A DNA stretch of 64,000 nucleotides from an uncultured Prochlorococcus sp. Its GTDB lineage: Bacteria > Cyanobacteriota > Cyanobacteriia > PCC-6307 > Cyanobiaceae. The translations under genes and the position numbers were made by a program. Shown in pieces: positions 56,311 through 64,000 of the stretch; the stretch's first letter is position 1, and every line of letters begins with the position of its first letter. The stretch is taken from NCBI GenBank assembly GCA_902544495.1, contig CACCCI010000002.1, positions 10,311 through 74,310 on the forward strand. Reading direction: 5' to 3'. Under the pieces are notes generated by a model. The model made no database searches and had not been told where the DNA came from. It saw only the letters and a list, made by a program, of their open reading frames with translations.

Positions 56311-57321
56311 TTGCTAGTGAGTAAGAACATTAAGGGTTTAGTCCTAATAACAGGAACAACTTCGGGAGTTGGATTAAATACTCTAAAACCTCTATTAAGA
56401 TTTGGATGGGAGGTTATAGCAGTTAATCGATCAAATAAAAGAGCTATAAAAATAGCTGAGGAATTCTTGACAAAAGAGGAAGTTAAAAATGTCCAATTTA
56501 TAGAAATAGATCTTTCTAACTTGGATGATGTGAGAAAAGGTTGCGATGAAATATTAGAAAGATTTAATAAGCCAATAAATTCACTTATTTGTAATGCAGC
56601 AGTTTACAAACCGCGACTAAAAAGGCCTGAAAGGTCTTCTCAGGGGTTTGAAAACTCTATGGCAGTAAATCATTTTGGGCATTTTCTTATGATAAACCTA
56701 CTTATGGAAAATATTTTATCTTCTGAAAGAGAAATTGTTTTAAATGGCAAAACAACTGTATTCAAGCCAAGAATTACAGTATTAGGAACTGTTACGGCTA
56801 ATTATTCAGAACTTGGAGGAAGGATCCCCATCCCTGCCCCAGCTGATTTGGGAGATTTAGCAGGATTCAAAAATGGTTTTTTATCTCCCATAAGTATGGC
56901 GAATGGAAAGAAATTTAAACCTGGTAAGGCTTATAAGGATAGTAAACTTTGTAATATGGTGACCGTTCAGGAATTATCAAAAAGATATCCTGCTGAGAAT
57001 ATTATTGTAAATTCTCTATATCCTGGATGTGTTGCTGATACAAAACTTTTTAGAGATACACCTTGGTTATTTAGATTCCTTTTCCCGATATTTCAAAAAT
57101 TTATAACAAAAGGATATGTTTCCCAAAGACTGGCAGGAGAGAGGGTTGCTCAAGTGGCAACTTATAAAGAATTTGCTAAACCATCAGTCCATTGGAGCTG
57201 GGGAAATCGTCAGAAAACTGGCAGAAAAGCTTTTTCTCAAAAGTTGTCAAAAAGAATAATTGATACGAAGACCTCTCAACAAACTTATGATTTAACAAGC
57301 CAATTGGTTGGATTAGATTAA
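56311..57321 (+). CDS. por: Light-dependent protochlorophyllide oxidoreductase
   Basis: TGTTSGVG, CNAAVY, NHFGHF, YKDSKLCN, SLYPGCVADT. Confidence 0.93.
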   Translation: MLVSKNIKGLVLITGTTSGVGLNTLKPLLRFGWEVIAVNRSNKRAIKIAEEFLTKEEVKNVQFIEIDLSNLDDVRKGCDEILERFNKPINSLICNAAVYKPRLKRPERSSQGFENSMAVNHFGHFLMINLLMENILSSEREIVLNGKTTVFKPRITVLGTVTANYSELGGRIPIPAPADLGDLAGFKNGFLSPISMANGKKFKPGKAYKDSKLCNMVTVQELSKRYPAENIIVNSLYPGCVADTKLFRDTPWLFRFLFPIFQKFITKGYVSQRLAGERVAQVATYKEFAKPSVHWSWGNRQKTGRKAFSQKLSKRIIDTKTSQQTYDLTSQLVGLD

Positions 57322-57327
57322 TTCAGA

Positions 57328-58215
<888 letters not shown>

Positions 58216-58404
58216 TTAAAGCTTAAAACACATTATTATTTATATTCTTGCAGCGCAAATACACATGAAATATGTTTCTAAACAAATATGTATTTAATTG
58301 TATTAAAAGTGTGAAATATGTTCTTATAACTGAATTTTTAGGATTAAATCTATTAGATTATGAGTGAAAATACTCATGACTTAATTTTATTTAATTAGTA
58401 AAAA

Positions 58405-59976
58405 TTAACTGAAATATGCTTTAGCATCGTAAAGAGTTTCATCGCTTATCTCTGGAATTCCTCTCAAGATTGCATATTTTTCAGTATTTGTTTTAACTTT
58501 ACCTCTTACAAAAAACGGAACTTTTGTTAATTCAGCTCTACCAGATTCAGTCCAGATAATTCCTTCTTTACTATTTTTTTCTTTTTTTTCGTCAGAATTT
58601 AAAATGTTATTCTTGTTTGTCGCTGTATGTCCTAAATGGCTTTGATGACCATCAACAAACTCAAAGTCATGTTTGAACATATCAATAAGATGCTCTTCTA
58701 AACCCATCATTAGGGGATGCACCCAGTCATCAAAAATCACATTTGCTCCCTCCCAGCCCATTTGAGGGCTATATCTTGCAGGAACATCTTGAACATGCAT
58801 TGGTGTACTTATTACTGAACATGGAATACCGAGCCTTTTTGCACTATGCCTTTCCATTTGAGTCCCTAAAACTAGTTCAGGGGCGGCTTTCTTCATAGCA
58901 TCCTCAACTTCTAGATAATTGTTGGTTATCAGAGCTTCTACATTTAGATCTTTTGCAGTTGCTCTTACCTGTCTTGCCATTTCCCTACTGTATGTACCAA
59001 GACCAACTACTTCAAAACCCAATTCCTCTTTGGCAATTTTTGCAGCCGCGATTGCATGTGTTCCATCACCAAAAATAAAAACCCTTTTGCCAGTTAAGTA
59101 ATTAGAGTCAACTGATTTTGAGTACCAAGGAAGTTTTGACTTGTTTTCTAATTCTTCTTTATTAGTCAAAGGGAGATCCAACTTGTTATGAACTTCATTG
59201 ATAAATTCAATTGTATTTTTTATTCCAATTGGAATAGTATTTGTATATTCCATTCCAAAGTTCCGTCTAAGCCATTCACATGATGCTTCAGCAATTTCTT
59301 GATAAAGACAAATATTTACTTCAGCATCAATTAGCCTTTCAATATCATCAGGACTAGCGCCTAATGGAGCAACAACGTTTGTATCTATACCTTGTTCTGA
59401 GAGTATACGCTGGATTTCAATAACATCATCTCTGCATCTAAATCCCAGCAATGAAGGACCCAGTATATTGACTTTTGGTCTGCGACCTAACTCCTTCCAC
59501 CTTAGAGGACTTATTTTTTCTGAAGAACTTACTTTCTCTTTCAAAAGAGTTCTTGTTAATTGATAAAAGGTTTCTGAAGCTCCCCAATTTTCTTTCTTGC
59601 TATAAGCAGGTAATTCAAGATTAACAATTGGCATATCAAATCCCATCCCTTTTGCGAGGGCTCCAGGTTGGTCTTGGATTAGTTCGGCTGTACAACTTTC
59701 TCCAACTAAAAGAGTTTTTGGTTTAAATCGTTCTACGGCTTCCTTAATATTTTTCTTCACTAATTCTGCTGTATCTCCTCCTAGATCTCTAGCCTGAAAA
59801 GTTGTATATGTAACTGGCGGCCTTTGCCCTCTCCTTTCAATCATTGTAAAAAGAAGATCTGCATATGTATCTCCTTGAGGGGCATGAAGCACATAATGTA
59901 TATCTTTCATTGAAGAGGCAATTCTCATCGCACCAACATGTGGCGGTCCTTCATATGTCCATAGAGTTAATTCCAT
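58405..59976 (-). CDS. chlB: DPOR subunit B
   Basis: [28 protein letters not shown]-terminal VPFFVRGKV. Confidence 0.97.
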   Translation of the reverse strand: MELTLWTYEGPPHVGAMRIASSMKDIHYVLHAPQGDTYADLLFTMIERRGQRPPVTYTTFQARDLGGDTAELVKKNIKEAVERFKPKTLLVGESCTAELIQDQPGALAKGMGFDMPIVNLELPAYSKKENWGASETFYQLTRTLLKEKVSSSEKISPLRWKELGRRPKVNILGPSLLGFRCRDDVIEIQRILSEQGIDTNVVAPLGASPDDIERLIDAEVNICLYQEIAEASCEWLRRNFGMEYTNTIPIGIKNTIEFINEVHNKLDLPLTNKEELENKSKLPWYSKSVDSNYLTGKRVFIFGDGTHAIAAAKIAKEELGFEVVGLGTYSREMARQVRATAKDLNVEALITNNYLEVEDAMKKAAPELVLGTQMERHSAKRLGIPCSVISTPMHVQDVPARYSPQMGWEGANVIFDDWVHPLMMGLEEHLIDMFKHDFEFVDGHQSHLGHTATNKNNILNSDEKKEKNSKEGIIWTESGRAELTKVPFFVRGKVKTNTEKYAILRGIPEISDETLYDAKAYFS

Positions 59977-59981
59977 ATTTT

Positions 59982-61247
<1,266 letters not shown>

Positions 61248-61395
61248 TCAAGAGCTTATATTTCAAGCTTGCATAAACTTTTTAATTTAAGAAAGTAATT
61301 AATAAGTTCTCTTACAAAATGAACACATTTAAAAAACTTATATGAATGTTTAAATACTTAAATGAGAATTATCAAAATTATTTTTAGTGTAAATT

Positions 61396-61764
61396 CTAAT
61401 TTCTATAGAAGGAATTTCCTTGACTTGTTTTTGAAAGCTTCCATACATTTCTAGCTATTTTCGTAGCCAATAATCCTGCTCTTTCTAACTTAGATTTTCC
61501 TGGCTTAGCTCCAATTAGGGCTGTCACTTCTGAAGTGGTCAAAGGGGCTCCAGTATTTATAGCTAATTGGGTTAACTCCAATCTATTTCTAAGGTTTTTA
61601 AGATTAACTTTCTCAATTTTATCTTCTTCTAACCAGCTAAAAGATGGGTCTTTCTGAGATAGTTTTTGCATCAAGCTTAGGCTAACTAATCCAAGAGTTT
61701 GATCAGGAGTTAATTCTTTTTCAGTACCAGAAACATTTGGTTCTTTTTTTTGAGAAGTTCCCAT
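61396..61764 (-). CDS. Hypothetical protein with possible HTH-like C-terminus
   Basis: 122-aa ATG ORF; [12 protein letters not shown]...RNVWKL. Confidence 0.7.
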   Translation of the reverse strand: MGTSQKKEPNVSGTEKELTPDQTLGLVSLSLMQKLSQKDPSFSWLEEDKIEKVNLKNLRNRLELTQLAINTGAPLTTSEVTALIGAKPGKSKLERAGLLATKIARNVWKLSKTSQGNSFYRN

Positions 61765-61861
61765 AAAAATGCATATCTTTTACTTGAAGTTATCGTTTTG
61801 TGGTAAGCATGCAAGTAAATTTAATAGAAAAAATGAACCATTATCCGTTATAGTCGCCTCA

Positions 61862-62632
61862 ATGGAACCAACTTCTAGCTTAAACAGAGGGGAACGAAAA
61901 AAAGGGAGTTCTCTAGTCACAGGATCTGAGGTGCAATCTCAGGCCAGTGGTGCTAGCTGTTTTATTACTACCGATTCAGAAAAGTCTTTGGTATCCAGAC
62001 AAGCAAGTCAAGTTGAACAAATTGAGTTAAGAACATATGTTTTTTTAGATTCTCTGCAACCTCAATTAGCCGCATATATGGGAACTGTTAGTAGAGGTTT
62101 TTTACCTATCCCTGGTGATTCATGTCTTTGGATGGAAGTTTCACCCGGCATGGCTGTTCATAGAGTCACAGATATTGCCCTAAAAGCAAGTAATGTAAGA
62201 CTTGGTCAGATGATTGTTGAAAGAGCATTTGGATCTCTTGCTCTTTACCATAAAGATCAAAGCACGGTTTTACATTCTGGAGATGTTGTTCTAGATGCTA
62301 TTGGGAGCGAAGTTAGAAAAAGAACAAAACCTGCTACGAGTTGGACTGAAGTTATTCGAGCAATTACTCCAGATCATGCTGTTTTAATAAATAGACAAAA
62401 CAGAAGTGGATCAATGATTCAATCTGGAATGAGCATGTTTATATTAGAAACTGAACCAGCTGGTTATGTTTTAAAAGCAGCTAATGAAGCTGAAAAGGCA
62501 TCTAATATAACTGTTGTTGATGTTAAGGCAGTTGGAGCTTTTGGTAGATTAACTCTCGCCGGGAAAGAAGGGGATGTAGAAGAGGCTGCAGCTGCTGCTA
62601 TAAGAGCAATTGAAGAAATTTCGAATTATTGA
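61862..62632 (+). CDS. csoS1D: Tandem-BMC carboxysome shell protein CsoS1D (start likely ATG 61862)
   Basis: [33 protein letters not shown]; upstream of the cso operon. Confidence 0.92.
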   Translation: MEPTSSLNRGERKKGSSLVTGSEVQSQASGASCFITTDSEKSLVSRQASQVEQIELRTYVFLDSLQPQLAAYMGTVSRGFLPIPGDSCLWMEVSPGMAVHRVTDIALKASNVRLGQMIVERAFGSLALYHKDQSTVLHSGDVVLDAIGSEVRKRTKPATSWTEVIRAITPDHAVLINRQNRSGSMIQSGMSMFILETEPAGYVLKAANEAEKASNITVVDVKAVGAFGRLTLAGKEGDVEEAAAAAIRAIEEISNY

Positions 62633-62639
62633 GAATTTT

Positions 62640-63224
62640 TTAACTCAAACCTATCTCTTTTTTTAAAAAAGGTGACATAATTTTTGCAGCTTTACCTCTA
62701 CTACCTAATTTATTTAGTTGTGATTGTGAGAGCTCACCGTAAACACAATTAGCCTCTTTTACCCAAAAAATAGATTCGAATTCCCCATTTGGATATTTGG
62801 GGTTCTTAAGAATTTCTCCCCAGCATATTCCTGTTGTATCTTTAACTAAGTTTCCTAAGGGATCGCACAAAACCATACAACTTATAAATCTTGCACTCCT
62901 ATAAGGGCTATCAGAAAGTTCATTAATTAATTTTTTAATTTTCTCATCATTATTTTTGGCATATCTAGCAGAATAAATTCCTGGTCGACCATCTAAAACA
63001 TCTACTTCAAGACCCGAGTCATCAGCTAATGCCCAAGTTTTAGTCTCTAAAGCAGCTGCTTTTGCTTTTAGAAGTGCATTCTCAAAATATGTGTTTCCAG
63101 TCTCTTCAACATTTAAATATTCTGGTTGCTTCTCAACCTTTAAAGATAAAACATCCAGCATCTCTGAAATCTCAGATACTTTCCTTTGATTGCCACTCGC
63201 AATAGTTAGAACTGGAAGGTTCAA
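62640..63224 (-). CDS. rdgB: HAM1/RdgB non-canonical purine NTP pyrophosphatase
   Basis: SGNQRK, ETG.TY.ENA, DDSGL, PGIYSARY, SRGKA. Confidence 0.92.
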   Translation of the reverse strand: MNLPVLTIASGNQRKVSEISEMLDVLSLKVEKQPEYLNVEETGNTYFENALLKAKAAALETKTWALADDSGLEVDVLDGRPGIYSARYAKNNDEKIKKLINELSDSPYRSARFISCMVLCDPLGNLVKDTTGICWGEILKNPKYPNGEFESIFWVKEANCVYGELSQSQLNKLGSRGKAAKIMSPFLKKEIGLS

Positions 63225-63270
63225 AATAACTAATAAATTTATTGTGAATATTATCTTACTTCAAAGCTTG

Positions 63271-63329
63271 ATACGGAGACAGGAAAGGTTGAACATTCCA
63301 CACCTGTGTAGACAGGGCCTGCCTCGTAC
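63271..63329 (-). ncRNA. Candidate 59-nt structured RNA (sRNA or rdgB leader) exposing UGUGGAAUGUUCAA
   Basis: GC-rich island; 12-bp terminal stem GUACGAGGCAGG/CCUGUCUCCGUAU with two G-U pairs and one bulge; inner hairpin CCUGU-CUAC-ACAGG; promoter-like signal directly upstream. Confidence 0.5.
63289..63302 (+). repeat. 14-mer TTGAACATTCCACA, copy 2 (within structured element)
   Basis: Exact match to the other two copies; 15 nt with the rpoD copy. Confidence 0.9.
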
Positions 63330-63335
63330 GGAAAT

Positions 63336-63364
63336 AACATAATGTAAATTTTTTCTTAACACAA
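63336..63364 (-). promoter_or_regulatory. Predicted promoter TTGTGT-17-TATGTT for the candidate RNA/rdgB
   Basis: -35 at 63364-63359, -10 at 63341-63336; TSS inferred at G 63329, the first base of the stem. Confidence 0.45.
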
Positions 63365-63484
63365 CAGTATGTTTTGATGCACTAACTAATTTGCATAAGT
63401 ATTGACATATCAATAGTACCAAGGGTGATAAGTTTAACTTATGAATGATAGAAAAAACATTAATGGAGATTTTGTAGAAAACGC

Positions 63485-63514
63485 TTGACTTATAAGTACT
63501 TAATGAAGCATTCT
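63485..63514 (+). promoter_or_regulatory. Predicted cso operon promoter TTGACT-18-CATTCT
   Basis: -35 at 63485-63490, -10 at 63509-63514; TSS inferred near 63521. Confidence 0.55.
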
Positions 63515-63519
63515 TCGAA

Positions 63520-63533
63520 TTGAACATTCCACA
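63520..63533 (+). repeat. 14-mer TTGAACATTCCACA, copy 3 (csoS1 5' UTR)
   Basis: Ends 18 nt upstream of the csoS1 ATG. Confidence 0.9.
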
Positions 63534-63551
63534 TTTAGTATTTAGTAGACA

Positions 63552-63863
63552 ATGGCTACAGAAACAATGGGTATCGCTCTCGGCATGATCGAGACACGCG
63601 GACTTGTACCTGCAATCGAAGCAGCAGACGCAATGACAAAGGCAGCAGAAGTTCGCCTTATTGGTCGTGAATTCGTTGGTGGCGGTTATGTCACAGTATT
63701 AGTTAGAGGCGAAACAGGAGCAGTTAACGCAGCTGTAAGAGCTGGTGCTGACGCTTGTGAAAGAGTTGGTGACGGTTTAGTTGCAGCTCACATTATTGCT
63801 CGTCCTCATAGAGAAGTTGAACCTGCTCTAGGTAACGGTGAATTTCTTGGTCAAAAGGACTAA
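63552..63863 (+). CDS. csoS1: Alpha-carboxysome major shell protein CsoS1 (CcmK-like)
   Basis: ALGMIETRGLVPAIEAADAMTKAA, HIIARPH. Confidence 0.97.
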   Translation: MATETMGIALGMIETRGLVPAIEAADAMTKAAEVRLIGREFVGGGYVTVLVRGETGAVNAAVRAGADACERVGDGLVAAHIIARPHREVEPALGNGEFLGQKD

Positions 63864-63932
63864 TTAAGTAAAGCAAGATTTATAAATTTTGCACAATAAT
63901 TATTTTCCCTACACAGACCTAAATTTATCCTT

Positions 63933-64000
63933 ATGAGTAAGAAGTATGACGCAGGGGTAAAGGAGTACAGAGATACCTACTGGACTCCAGAATATGTACC
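63933..64000 (+). CDS. rbcL: RuBisCO large subunit form IA, 5' end only
   Basis: [22 protein letters not shown], directly after csoS1. Confidence 0.96.

Noticed and set aside
63261-63527. 88-aa minus-strand ORF in the rdgB-csoS1 spacer
   Set aside because: No recognisable motifs or SD, and it spans promoter elements; better explained as a chance ORF over regulatory DNA
63289-63533. The repeated 14-mer as DnaA boxes or CRISPR repeats
   Set aside because: CATTCCACA differs at two positions from TTTTCCACA; only two local copies 231 bp apart; no cas genes or spacer array

Overview
A very AT-rich (about 30% GC by eye), gene-dense stretch of core chromosome from a marine picocyanobacterium. Gene content and order fit a high-light Prochlorococcus: hemL, futB, rpoD-priA, purA-psb27-proS, ftsI-tal, hemH-ilvB, ado-aar-accA, por/chlLBN, then csoS1D, rdgB, csoS1 and the start of rbcL of the alpha-carboxysome operon. 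I saw no rRNA, tRNA, CRISPR, IS element or prophage; the only mobility-type gene is an orphan tyrosine recombinase. The main unexplained signal is an exact 14-mer, TTGAACATTCCACA, present three times and only in intergenic DNA. Two copies lie at the predicted 5' ends of the rpoD mRNA and the csoS1-rbcL mRNA. The third lies, in antisense orientation, inside a 59-nt structured element with its own predicted promoter, divergent from the carboxysome operon. This suggests a candidate small RNA linking the primary sigma factor and carbon fixation. Other points: a probable ATT start for pgeF, a His-rich tandem repeat in a CobW GTPase, a degenerate second pyrophosphatase, and FtsL-/FtsB-like candidates. 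All family assignments are from motif recognition, not database searches.
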